A stretch of 64,000 nucleotides of DNA from NCBI GenBank assembly GCA_016190205.1, contig JACPQZ010000076.1:4632-68631 (forward strand). The letters run 5' to 3'. Made by a program: the position numbers and the translations under genes. The notes below the pieces were generated by a model. The model had not been told where the DNA came from, ran no database searches, and worked only from the letters and a program-made list of their open reading frames with translations. Position 1 is the stretch's first letter; the number at the start of each line of letters is the position of its first letter. Shown one piece after another: positions 10,045-18,985 of the stretch. Source of the stretch: Candidatus Omnitrophota bacterium. Its GTDB lineage: Bacteria; Omnitrophota; JACPQZ01.

Positions 10045-10823
10045 CCGCGTTTAACCTTACGGATTTTGCGATCCTCTCCTTTACCACCCTATTTGTCATC
10101 GTCGACCCCATCGGACTCGTGCCGACCTTCCTGGCCATGACCGCGTCCAACAGCTTGAGCGAAAAGCGGCACATGGCCTTGGTCGCAACCGCAACCTGCG
10201 CCGTGCTGCTCATCGTGTTCACCCTGGCAGGTCAGGCCATCCTCCGTGCCTTAAGTCTCACGCTCTCCGCATTCGAGCTCGCGGGCGGGATGGTGCTCAC
10301 CGTGATCGCCCTGGATATGCTCAAGGCCCGCCGCACGCCGATTAAGGAAACGCCCGAGGAAAAAAAAGAGGGCATCGACAAGGATGATATCGCCATCACA
10401 CCCCTCGCCGTGCCCATGCTCGCGGGACCCGGCGCCCTGACCACTGTAATTCTATTAAGCAGCAGGGCGGAAAATTGGATTTATAGTTCCGTGCTCCTCC
10501 TCAATATCATACTGGTTTCGGTCTCCGCCTACCTCATCCTGCGCATTTCACTCAGCCGGGCCAACCTCTTTGGGGTGCTCCCCATGAAAATCGCGACGCG
10601 GCTCATGGGCCTATTTCTTTTGGCCATCGCGGCCCAGTTCCTCATGAACGCGCTTGCGTCCCAAATTCAATCTTCCTTCTCGCTTTCCTCTTCTTCCTCT
10701 TCAATGCCCTCCTCCAACTCTTCCGGCTCATCCTCGCTGGGACTGGGCCTGCCGGGACCAGAGCCGGGAGAAACAGAATCGTCGCCTGACCCGATCAGCC
10801 TTCTCTCTTCCGAGAACATCTAA
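10041..10823 (+). CDS. MarC family membrane protein with atypical Ser-rich tail
   Basis: LFVIVDPIGLVP, IAITPLAVPMLAGPG, TRLMGLFL. Confidence 0.88.
   Translation: MTAFNLTDFAILSFTTLFVIVDPIGLVPTFLAMTASNSLSEKRHMALVATATCAVLLIVFTLAGQAILRALSLTLSAFELAGGMVLTVIALDMLKARRTPIKETPEEKKEGIDKDDIAITPLAVPMLAGPGALTTVILLSSRAENWIYSSVLLLNIILVSVSAYLILRISLSRANLFGVLPMKIATRLMGLFLLAIAAQFLMNALASQIQSSFSLSSSSSSMPSSNSSGSSSLGLGLPGPEPGETESSPDPISLLSSENI
10667..10819 (-). CDS. Putative 50-aa acidic small protein antisense to the marC tail
   Basis: Manual ORF MFSEERRLIGSGDDSVSPGSGPGRPSPSEDEPEELEEGIEEEEEESEKED, with SD-like AAGGGGTGA upstream; lies just downstream of rlmN on the same strand. Confidence 0.45.
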   Translation of the reverse strand: MFSEERRLIGSGDDSVSPGSGPGRPSPSEDEPEELEEGIEEEEEESEKED

Positions 10824-10866
10824 CTCACCCCCTTTCATGAACCGTGCCCCTCGCACGGCGTACGAA

Positions 10867-11931
10867 TTATAGGGCCCGCGACTCGGACTTGTCAAGCGGT
10901 TTTAAGACGCCGGTCACGAGCTGGCCGCAGGCTGCCTGGATGTCGTCCCCCATGGTCTTCCGCAGGGTGACTTGAAGACCCCGCTCCTTAAGATGATCGG
11001 CAAAATTCCTGATCTGTGCAGGCAGTGAGGACTCAATCGCCTCGCGCGGGATGGCGTTATAGGGAATGAGATTGATGCGCACGCGGCCGATGGGAAGCGT
11101 AAAGCGGGCCAGGGCCTCCGCCTCTTCTAAAGAATCATTGATCCCCTTGAGCATGACGTATTCGAAGGTGAGGTGATGGCGGCGGTTTCCGTGCCGCCTG
11201 ACGTAGCGCCGGGCCCAGTCCTGGATTTTTGGAAGAAAATTTTCGGGGCCTGTGGGAACAAGACGTGCATGGGTGCCACGCACCGCGCTGTGGAGGGAAA
11301 CCGCCATGCGCACACGCGGCCAGCCGGGATCTTTGAGGATGTGCTCAAGAGGCGTTAAGAGCCCCACGGTGGAGACTGTGATGCGCGTGGGGCCCAAGGG
11401 GGTTGAGGTAAGCCAGGTATGAAGGGCCGCCTGGACCTCGTCCATATTCGCGAGGGGCTCCCCCATTCCCATGAGGACCATGTTGGTGATCCGGCCGAGT
11501 CCGCGCCGCTCTTTAAGATAATCCTGCCAGAACCGGTATTGATCCGTAATTTCATCCCGCGTGAGATTACGTCGGAATCCCATATGTCCGGTGGCGCAGA
11601 AAATGCATGCCATCGCGCATCCCACTTGGGTCGAGACACAAACCGTCCACCCGCTCCTTGCGTTCGCCATGAGAACGGTCTCAACAGCCCTGCCGTCGTC
11701 CAGCTTCAGCAGTGCCTTGAAGGTGTCATGGCTTGCACTTTCAAAAACCTGCGCGTCCCGGTAGGCTGTCCAGGGGATCTGCTCCCCAACCTTTGCGCGC
11801 ATCGCGGCAGGGAGCACCGTGGCCTCGTCCCAGTTATTCCACTTTCCGGCAAATAATCCCTGCTCCACCTGCCGCCAGCGGTAGGAGGGCGCATCTGGAA
11901 AAATGGTTTGAAATAACTCCTGTCTATTCAA
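10867..11931 (-). CDS. rlmN: 23S rRNA m2A2503 / tRNA m2A37 radical SAM methyltransferase
   Basis: VCVSTQVGCAMACIFCATG, MGMGEP, FEYVML, AACGQL. Confidence 0.92.
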   Translation of the reverse strand: MNRQELFQTIFPDAPSYRWRQVEQGLFAGKWNNWDEATVLPAAMRAKVGEQIPWTAYRDAQVFESASHDTFKALLKLDDGRAVETVLMANARSGWTVCVSTQVGCAMACIFCATGHMGFRRNLTRDEITDQYRFWQDYLKERRGLGRITNMVLMGMGEPLANMDEVQAALHTWLTSTPLGPTRITVSTVGLLTPLEHILKDPGWPRVRMAVSLHSAVRGTHARLVPTGPENFLPKIQDWARRYVRRHGNRRHHLTFEYVMLKGINDSLEEAEALARFTLPIGRVRINLIPYNAIPREAIESSLPAQIRNFADHLKERGLQVTLRKTMGDDIQAACGQLVTGVLKPLDKSESRAL

Positions 11932-11934
11932 AAT

Positions 11935-13530
11935 TTAGTGCCGGGTGCTGTGATGTGGGGAATAGGATCCGCGGCGGCTGGCGAGGTAAATGAGGGCCAC
12001 GACGCCGAAAAGGATCCCAAGTATGAGAAAGCGGGCAAACCAAATGTAGGGCTGGTTTTCGGCAGGGACCCCTTCCATCGAAAGCACCCGAAGTCCTTCC
12101 TGGGAAAACCAGATGAAGAGGAGTACCACCAGAAATGCGGGCGTTACATATTTTACAACCGGGATGAAGATGCGCGGCACGGTGAAATGCGCCCCCCTAT
12201 GGATTTCTTGCCACGCCCTCCGCGAGCCGAATATCCACATGAAAAGGATCACCTCAATAGCCGCAAGCGATACAGGCCCCAGCGTCCCGATCCAGAAATC
12301 CATCTCGTTTAAGAAACCGTATTTTAAGAAAAGGATGACGGGCTGGGCGAAGAAAAAAAGCGCAAGGCCCACCACCCACGCCGCCTGGCGGCGGGTAAAT
12401 TTAAGCTCCTCCTGCAAAAATGCCATAAGGGGCTGAAGGAGGCCCACCGAAGACGTGATACCCGCCAAAAAAAGCAGCAAAAACCAAAAGGTTCCGAAGG
12501 CCTGGCCGAACGGAAGGCGTTGAAACACCATCGGCATGGCGAAAAACCCGAGGTCAAACGACCCGCCCGAGGCGATCTGGGCCGTTTGCGCAAGGCCAAA
12601 GAAGGCTACCGTCGCGGGGATCGCTATCGAACCTCCCAGTCCCACTTCGGCCACTTCGTTCATACAGGCCGTCGTAAGTCCCCCGGCCACCAAGTCGTCC
12701 TTTTTGGAGAGATAGCTCGCGTAAGTTTGAATGGCCCCGAACCCCAGGCTTAACGTAAAAAAGATCTGCCCCGTTGCCGCGAGCCAGACCTTGACATCTG
12801 AAAGCCGCGAGTAGTCCGGGCGCCACATAAAAGCAAACCCCGAAGCGGCATTCTGCTCCGGATGAAGGGGATCAGGAGCGCCCAATGTGATCACCCGGAT
12901 GAGAAGGATAATCCCAAATAGATAAATGAGCGGAAGCGCGATATTCGCAAGCCTCTCTATGCCGCGCGACACACCTCCCAGCAGAATCCAAATATTGACA
13001 GCCAGGGTGACCAGAAAGAAAAAATACGCCGGGGCGATGCTCGGGAAATAGTGATTGGACATCTTGCCCTGAAAACCGGAGAGAAAAGCACTCATCTCGC
13101 CAAACTCGCTGATCCCGAAATAGCTTCCGGACATGGAGAAGAAACTGTAGGCGAGCGTCCAAGACTCGATGTAGAGGTAATAAACGGTCACGCAGAAAGG
13201 GATAAAGATCCCGAGCGCCCCCAAATATTTGGCGATGGGATTGGCCCACAGCCGGTGGAACATGCCAGGTGTCGTACTGTGTCCGAACTGGCCCCCGTAA
13301 CGCCCCATCGCCCATTCCACCCACATGAGCGGGATCCCCATGAGGATGAGCGCCGTAAAATAAGGAATGAGAAAGACACCGCCGCCGTTTTGGGCGCATT
13401 GCACTGGAAAGCGGAGGAAATTCCCCAGCCCGATGGCATTTCCCGCCATGGCGAGGATGAGTCCCATCCGGGTGGCCCAGCGTTCCCGCTCCCTGGCTGG
13501 GGAGCCCGCCCCGTGTCCTTTGTGGGTCAT
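11935..13530 (-). CDS. Sodium-dependent transporter, NSS/SNF family (LeuT-like)
   Basis: AMAGNAIGLGNFLRFP, GQIFFTLSLGFGAI, FLAGITSS. Confidence 0.92.
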   Translation of the reverse strand: MTHKGHGAGSPARERERWATRMGLILAMAGNAIGLGNFLRFPVQCAQNGGGVFLIPYFTALILMGIPLMWVEWAMGRYGGQFGHSTTPGMFHRLWANPIAKYLGALGIFIPFCVTVYYLYIESWTLAYSFFSMSGSYFGISEFGEMSAFLSGFQGKMSNHYFPSIAPAYFFFLVTLAVNIWILLGGVSRGIERLANIALPLIYLFGIILLIRVITLGAPDPLHPEQNAASGFAFMWRPDYSRLSDVKVWLAATGQIFFTLSLGFGAIQTYASYLSKKDDLVAGGLTTACMNEVAEVGLGGSIAIPATVAFFGLAQTAQIASGGSFDLGFFAMPMVFQRLPFGQAFGTFWFLLLFLAGITSSVGLLQPLMAFLQEELKFTRRQAAWVVGLALFFFAQPVILFLKYGFLNEMDFWIGTLGPVSLAAIEVILFMWIFGSRRAWQEIHRGAHFTVPRIFIPVVKYVTPAFLVVLLFIWFSQEGLRVLSMEGVPAENQPYIWFARFLILGILFGVVALIYLASRRGSYSPHHSTRH

Positions 13531-13572
13531 ACGGTGAAGTATTTTAACACATTGTCGCGCATCGTGCTTCGT

Positions 13573-14397
13573 TCAGCGCGGTTCGTGAAGGCAGCTCCGT
13601 AGAAAGGCGCACAGGACCAGGCACACGCCAAAGGTGCACACGACCGCGGCGCCTGTGGGAAGATCCCATGCGTAAGACGCGGCCATCCCCGCCATGCTGG
13701 TTATGATGCCCGTGATCCAGCCCACCGCGAGCCGGCTCCCCACAGAGCGGGCCAGAAGCACCCCGCAGACCGCAGGGACGATGAGAAATGAAAAAACGAG
13801 GAGCACTCCGGCCATCTCGACCGAGCTCGCCACCACAAACCCAAACGTGGCGTAGAACAAAAAATCCCACGCCCGGACTTTGAACCCCCGCGCAAAGGCG
13901 GCCTCCGGGTCGCGGGAGATGAGCAATAACTCTCGGCGAGCCATCCAGTGCACTAACCCGATGGCGCTGTAAAGAGCAAAAGTCTTAGCGATCTCGGGCC
14001 AGCCGACGAATAGAAGATGTCCTACCATGAGCGACTTAAGCTCTTCCCCGCCCTCGGGCGCGCGGCTTAAAGCGAGAATGGCCGCGGCTGCCGCGACTGC
14101 GTACACGATTCCGATCAGGGCTTCTTGGGGAACCACAGGCTTTTTAAGGCGTGTGAGCGAAAAAACCGCGGCCCCCAGCAGCGTAAACACGAGCGCAAAG
14201 GTATAGCTCTCCGCAGTATGAAGGCCAAATCCCAGGAGAAATCCCACGGTGGAGCCCAGGGCCGCTACCTGGGCCAGCGCGAGATCCACAAAGATGACCT
14301 CCCGCTCTATCACGTGAAGACCCAAATAGGCGTGTATCCCCGTAAGGATCAAACAGGCCGCGAATGGCTTTAGCATGACTTCCAGAAACTCGGTCAT
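13573..14397 (-). CDS. Metal (Zn/Mn/Fe) ABC transporter permease
   Basis: VIFVDLALAQVAALG, GVLLVFSFLIVPA; multi-TM. Confidence 0.88.
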   Translation of the reverse strand: MTEFLEVMLKPFAACLILTGIHAYLGLHVIEREVIFVDLALAQVAALGSTVGFLLGFGLHTAESYTFALVFTLLGAAVFSLTRLKKPVVPQEALIGIVYAVAAAAAILALSRAPEGGEELKSLMVGHLLFVGWPEIAKTFALYSAIGLVHWMARRELLLISRDPEAAFARGFKVRAWDFLFYATFGFVVASSVEMAGVLLVFSFLIVPAVCGVLLARSVGSRLAVGWITGIITSMAGMAASYAWDLPTGAAVVCTFGVCLVLCAFLRSCLHEPR

Positions 14398-14406
14398 AAC
14401 GGTCTC

Positions 14407-15318
14407 CTATCGAAAATGGCTTGTAAGCTGCGATAGATTGTAATCCATAAGCGCGAAATAATCCCCGCACTCGGGCCTTTCCCCCACGTTCTGGCACAAA
14501 AGAACCACCTCGGCACCTGTTTTGCGCGCCAGGGAGTCGGAGGAACCCCGCGGGTAAAACGAAGCCTGGAGTATGGCCCCGATCCCGCGCTCCGCGATAT
14601 AACCCTCGAGGAACTGAATCTGCCTTGGGGTCGGAGGGATACCCGGTTTCGGCTCGAGGTATTGCGCGACGCGCAACCCTAAAAATTCCGCCAGGTAAAC
14701 CAGATCGTTGTGATACGCGACGGCCTCCTTTCCTCGGATCCCCTGGGCATCCTGCCTCCATTTCTCAACACGCCGGTCGAGCTCATCCAAAAACGCGCGC
14801 AGACGGCCTTGATAGGCCTCGGAATGAACCGGGTCCACCTCGCTCAACTTCTCCGCGATAGCAACAGCCATCACGCGGACATTATCCGGAATGAGCCAGT
14901 AGTGCGGGTTTCCGTATATATGAATGTCTCCGGCTGCGCGCGTGGGAACTTGCGCCGGCACCTCCAGGAGCCTCACCCCCTGTGAAAGATCGAGTTCCCT
15001 TTGACCCCCGGGTCTTAACTCGGACTTCCCGGCGGCATCCACGAGCGGATAGCGCCAGGGCTCGAGGTCAAGCCCGGCATGCACGAATAGATCCGCCCTT
15101 CTCACCTTGAGCACATCCCCGGGCCTGGGCTCGATGAAGTGTGGGTTAAAGCGCGGCGGGGCCACGAACGATACCTCCACGTCCTCTCCCCCGATTTTTT
15201 CCACAAGATCGGCAAATGTGGAGAGCGTTGCGACCACACGGATGGTCTCCGCCTTCACCGCACCCGCACTGAAATGAAGTGCCCAAAGGGCACCGAGTAC
15301 TGCAAAAAAATGTTTCAT
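14407..15318 (-). CDS. Metal ABC substrate-binding protein (ZnuA/TroA cluster)
   Basis: Signal peptide; NPHFIEP, GNPHYWL, AYHN, LEPKPGIPPT. Confidence 0.9.
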   Translation of the reverse strand: MKHFFAVLGALWALHFSAGAVKAETIRVVATLSTFADLVEKIGGEDVEVSFVAPPRFNPHFIEPRPGDVLKVRRADLFVHAGLDLEPWRYPLVDAAGKSELRPGGQRELDLSQGVRLLEVPAQVPTRAAGDIHIYGNPHYWLIPDNVRVMAVAIAEKLSEVDPVHSEAYQGRLRAFLDELDRRVEKWRQDAQGIRGKEAVAYHNDLVYLAEFLGLRVAQYLEPKPGIPPTPRQIQFLEGYIAERGIGAILQASFYPRGSSDSLARKTGAEVVLLCQNVGERPECGDYFALMDYNLSQLTSHFR

Positions 15319-15341
15319 GTTGGGTGCTCCTATTTAGAAAT

Positions 15342-16613
15342 CTACTGAAGCTGGTGCTTGTGTACGCCGATCGCGACAGTTCCCTGCAGGAACACCTTGT
15401 CATCGTTTCCCCCGTCGGCCTCTTCGAGGTGCTGGTACTGCGCCCGCCAGCGCGCAAATTCGCTCTGATAAAAAGTGAGATAGCCGTTCCAGGCGACGTC
15501 CTCATCGCGGGGGTTTTCCACGGCATTGTCCACGGGCTCGACAAAATCAAAACGCCCGCCTATTCCAAAGCGCGGCGAAAGCCGGTAGTCCGCCAGGGCG
15601 TAGAGGCCCCAGGGATTATCATCAAGCCCCGCATCGGTCTCGTCCCGGTTCTGGAGATAGAGCTCGCTCTGAAGCTTGAGCTTGTTTTGAGGGGTAAAAT
15701 AGTGCACAAGCGTCGCATCGAATCCGACGGCGTTCACCTCAAAATGCTCGTCCGCATCTTTGGAGCCCGTTAAGTGAGTGAAGCCAAGCTCCAGATTGGT
15801 CAAGTCGGAAAAGTCCACGAAGTTTTTAAGGTGGGTGTATAAGGACGGGCGCCTCCGCGTAGAGCCAAAGAGCGTTCCGTCTTCCCCAATGCCGCCCTCC
15901 ATTACCCCGGCAGTCACCTCATGCGTAACTCTTTCCCAAGGAAGCGGCAGAAAGTACGAGAGCTCTGCGGCTGTCCGATAAAGGCCTTCCACCCCGAGAT
16001 AACTCTGCACGACCAAGGGTTCATCGACAGTGTCCAATTGATCACGATGGACGGAGCTCGCTTTTCCTATCTTGGGACGTATTCTTCCCAGTCGCCCCTT
16101 GAGATCCAATGGAAGCCCCCAGTGCGTGATATACGCCTCCTCGAGCGCCACGTCCTCAAAATCCGAGAACGTGATGGTTGAATCAAAGCGGCTGTAGGGG
16201 TCCACATCGTGTCCAATGATAAGCTCCAGTTCCCGCACGCTCAATTTATCATTCCCTTCCGTATCCGCACGGGACTGACTTAAATTCGCCGTGACGTCAG
16301 CCAGCATACCGATTTCAGGATTAAACGCCGAAAGTCCCGGAGCAGTCACGGGGGCGCGCTCGGGGGCCGGGGACGCAAGCACAACCTGAGGCCCGACACT
16401 TCCCTCCCGAAGAGCCCGGTTGGCCTGCTCCAGGTCTTCAAGCCTCGCCTGTTGCGATCGAACCATGGCCTCCAAATCCACCACGAGAGCCTTGAGCTCG
16501 TCCATTTGCGCCGTGAGCCCTTCCATATCTAAAGGCGGGGCACCGGCCCGTACGCTATGGGGAAATACACAGCACAGGCATAAGACTGCCAATAATATTG
16601 ACTTTTTCATCAC
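15342..16613 (-). CDS. Outer-membrane beta-barrel associated with metal uptake
   Basis: Signal peptide, coiled coil, FNPEIG, SEFARWRAQY, C-terminal IGVHKH; adjacent to the SBP and permease. Confidence 0.7.
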   Translation of the reverse strand: MMKKSILLAVLCLCCVFPHSVRAGAPPLDMEGLTAQMDELKALVVDLEAMVRSQQARLEDLEQANRALREGSVGPQVVLASPAPERAPVTAPGLSAFNPEIGMLADVTANLSQSRADTEGNDKLSVRELELIIGHDVDPYSRFDSTITFSDFEDVALEEAYITHWGLPLDLKGRLGRIRPKIGKASSVHRDQLDTVDEPLVVQSYLGVEGLYRTAAELSYFLPLPWERVTHEVTAGVMEGGIGEDGTLFGSTRRRPSLYTHLKNFVDFSDLTNLELGFTHLTGSKDADEHFEVNAVGFDATLVHYFTPQNKLKLQSELYLQNRDETDAGLDDNPWGLYALADYRLSPRFGIGGRFDFVEPVDNAVENPRDEDVAWNGYLTFYQSEFARWRAQYQHLEEADGGNDDKVFLQGTVAIGVHKHQLQ

Positions 16614-16690
16614 ACACCTCTTATGGATGAGTTCTTAATGAAAAACTGGTGATAATTTCTTGAACAAACGCCGAGAACTACTAGGAACTG

Positions 16691-16999
16691 CTAGGCTAAG
16701 CTGGGGGGTGAACGGGGAGATGTTGTAAAAACGTCAATCTGCTGATGGAATGCTTCTTGGAACACGGAACTTAATAAAGGGGGAACGCCCAATGGGTACA
16801 GGGCGTAATTTGAAGGCGCCGGCAGGACGGACGAATGGCTCAACAGCCGGCAAGCTAGACAGAGATCGCCGTCGTGCGGATTGGAAAGGGCGAGATGGAG
16901 GCATGGGACTAGAAGGCAAAAAACAAGGGCAAAGGCGGCACAAGCCATCGCCGCACGTTGAACTCGTTCGGGCTTCTGGAGGTTCGTCATTACTCGCAC
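16691..16999 (-). CDS. DUF2946-like leader protein (TM helix, CxxC, C-terminal RSPP)
   Basis: Hydrophobic helix, HxxxxxxHDGDLCLAC, ends PRSPPSLA; first ORF of the metal operon. Confidence 0.7.
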   Translation of the reverse strand: MRVMTNLQKPERVQRAAMACAAFALVFCLLVPCLHLALSNPHDGDLCLACRLLSHSSVLPAPSNYALYPLGVPPLLSSVFQEAFHQQIDVFTTSPRSPPSLA

Positions 17000-17228
17000 A
17001 TCGTACTCCTGACGCGTGAAGCCGTCAACCCTCCCTGATCTGAATTAACTTATCTCTTGCCTGCACGCTTCCGGCCCACGTCAATAGAACCAAAGACGCA
17101 ATAACTTTTATCATGTTGGCCTCTTTCATGGATAACTCAAAACATCTTCGTCAACAATTTCCCGAGGACCCGTTCCACGGGCAGGCCCGCCACATTCGAG
17201 CGCAGCCCTCTTACAGTCTGAAGGTAGA

Positions 17229-18512
17229 TCATGAGACGAGCGCGCGCGCGGCGCCCCGGCCGGCCAGCGCCCCCGTACTCCATGCCCATTGGAAATTGAA
17301 CCCGCCGATGCGGCCGTCCACATCCAAGACCTCACCCGCGAAATAAAGGCCTGCTACGAGCTTCGACTCCATGGTGGATACATCTACCTCCCGTAAATCC
17401 ACTCCCCCCGCCGTCACCTCCGCCTTTTTATAGCCGTACACCCCTTCAACTTCAAGAGGATACTCGAGCAGTGCATGGACAAGCCGTCTGCGGGTTTCGT
17501 TTGAACTTGCCCCGATCGTTTGGGTTCCGTCAATGCCCAGCTTTTTAAGAAGTGTCTCTGCAAACCGGCCGGGCAGCGAGAGCTCCCTAACCAAGACGCT
17601 TTGAATATGTCTTTTCGGCATTTTCACGTGCTCGGACTCAACCGCGCGGCTCAATGTCTCTTCACGATGTCCGGGCAGAAAGCTGATCACGACCTTGGGT
17701 TTTTCCTCGGGTCGAGCCGTCGCCACGTGCCGGCTGATATCGAGCGCCGCGGGTCCGCTGAACCCAAAATGCGTGAACAAAAATGCACCCCGGTTCTCGC
17801 ACTGTTTTCTTCCGTCCTTAGAAAACGTGAGCCGCGCCTCAAGGGATAAACCGCTTAAGTTTCTCCAATCGCGGTCATTCGTAAGAAGCGGAGTGAGCGC
17901 GGGGTGCGTGCCGACGATCGTGTGGCCGAAACCGCTTGCGAACCTGTATCCCGCGCCGTCACTTCCCGTGGTCGGATACGACAAGCCGCCTGTTGTTATG
18001 ATGACTTTCCGGGCCGAAACGCAGAACGCATCGCCCTGGCCGCTGAGCCGAAACCTGTCTCCCGATCGCTTAACATCTGTAACCCGGGCGTCCGTTTTTA
18101 AAGCAGTGCCCGCACGGCCTACTTCCTTGATGAGTGCATCCAATACGGTTTGCGCGGAATGTGAAACGGGAAAGAATTTACCGGGTGGCTCCAGGACCAG
18201 CTCCACCCCGATACCATTGAAAAACCCCATAGCGTCGGCGGGCGTAAACGCCTCGAGGACATGCTTGACAAAATGGCGGGGCCCGCCCTGGAAGTCGGAC
18301 GGCTTTACTTCCTTGTGGGTCACATTGCAACGCGTCCCGCCCGACATGAGGATCTTGGCCCCGACCTTCCGGCTGGTTTCCAAGAGAAGGATCTCGAGAG
18401 GCGCGCGCTTCTCTTGAGCGGTTCTACCCGCGCAGATTGCGGCCATGAGGCCCGCCGCCCCGGCCCCGACTATAGCGATATCTACGACAAGCGTTGGAGA
18501 GGGTCCTATCAT
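17229..18512 (-). CDS. HI0933/YhiN/BaiN family flavoprotein
   Basis: GAGAAGL, KILMSGGTRCNVT, FTHFGFSGP, VTAGGV, GGFNFQWAWSTG. Confidence 0.92.
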   Translation of the reverse strand: MIGPSPTLVVDIAIVGAGAAGLMAAICAGRTAQEKRAPLEILLLETSRKVGAKILMSGGTRCNVTHKEVKPSDFQGGPRHFVKHVLEAFTPADAMGFFNGIGVELVLEPPGKFFPVSHSAQTVLDALIKEVGRAGTALKTDARVTDVKRSGDRFRLSGQGDAFCVSARKVIITTGGLSYPTTGSDGAGYRFASGFGHTIVGTHPALTPLLTNDRDWRNLSGLSLEARLTFSKDGRKQCENRGAFLFTHFGFSGPAALDISRHVATARPEEKPKVVISFLPGHREETLSRAVESEHVKMPKRHIQSVLVRELSLPGRFAETLLKKLGIDGTQTIGASSNETRRRLVHALLEYPLEVEGVYGYKKAEVTAGGVDLREVDVSTMESKLVAGLYFAGEVLDVDGRIGGFNFQWAWSTGALAGRGAARALVS

Positions 18513-18572
18513 AAAGGGAGATCTAGCGGGCGAAGGCCGTGAACGCCGGTAAGGATACTTCCGCTCTTGCCG

Positions 18573-18941
18573 TTATATCTTGAGCGCCCTATTCACCTTC
18601 TCGATAAGGGCCGCAGGCGAATAAGGCTTGACGATATAATCTACGGCGCCGCAGGCGTGGGCCATGGCGACATCATCCGCCTGCGCCCGCAGCGTCAGCA
18701 TGATGACCGGGATGCCGCGCGTGGCTTCATCCTTCTTCAGGGTATCGGCCGCTTGGAAGCCGTCCAGAACCGGCATGATAAGATCCATCAGCACGAGATC
18801 CGGTCTTTCCGTCCGGGCCTTCTCCACCCCTTTTTTCCCGTTCTCCGCCGTCACCACCTCAAAGCCGCAGGCCTTCAGGCGCTCCAAAATCCCCTCGCGG
18901 ATTTCCGGCTCATCGTCCACGACCAGTATTTTTTTGGCCAT
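18573..18941 (-). CDS. Single-domain response regulator (CheY-like)
   Basis: ILVVDDE, DLVLMDLIMPVLDG, YIVKP. Confidence 0.9.
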   Translation of the reverse strand: MAKKILVVDDEPEIREGILERLKACGFEVVTAENGKKGVEKARTERPDLVLMDLIMPVLDGFQAADTLKKDEATRGIPVIMLTLRAQADDVAMAHACGAVDYIVKPYSPAALIEKVNRALKI

Positions 18942-18985
18942 TGGCTCTCTAACGGTTCATAAAATACAAATCCAATTGCCCCATC

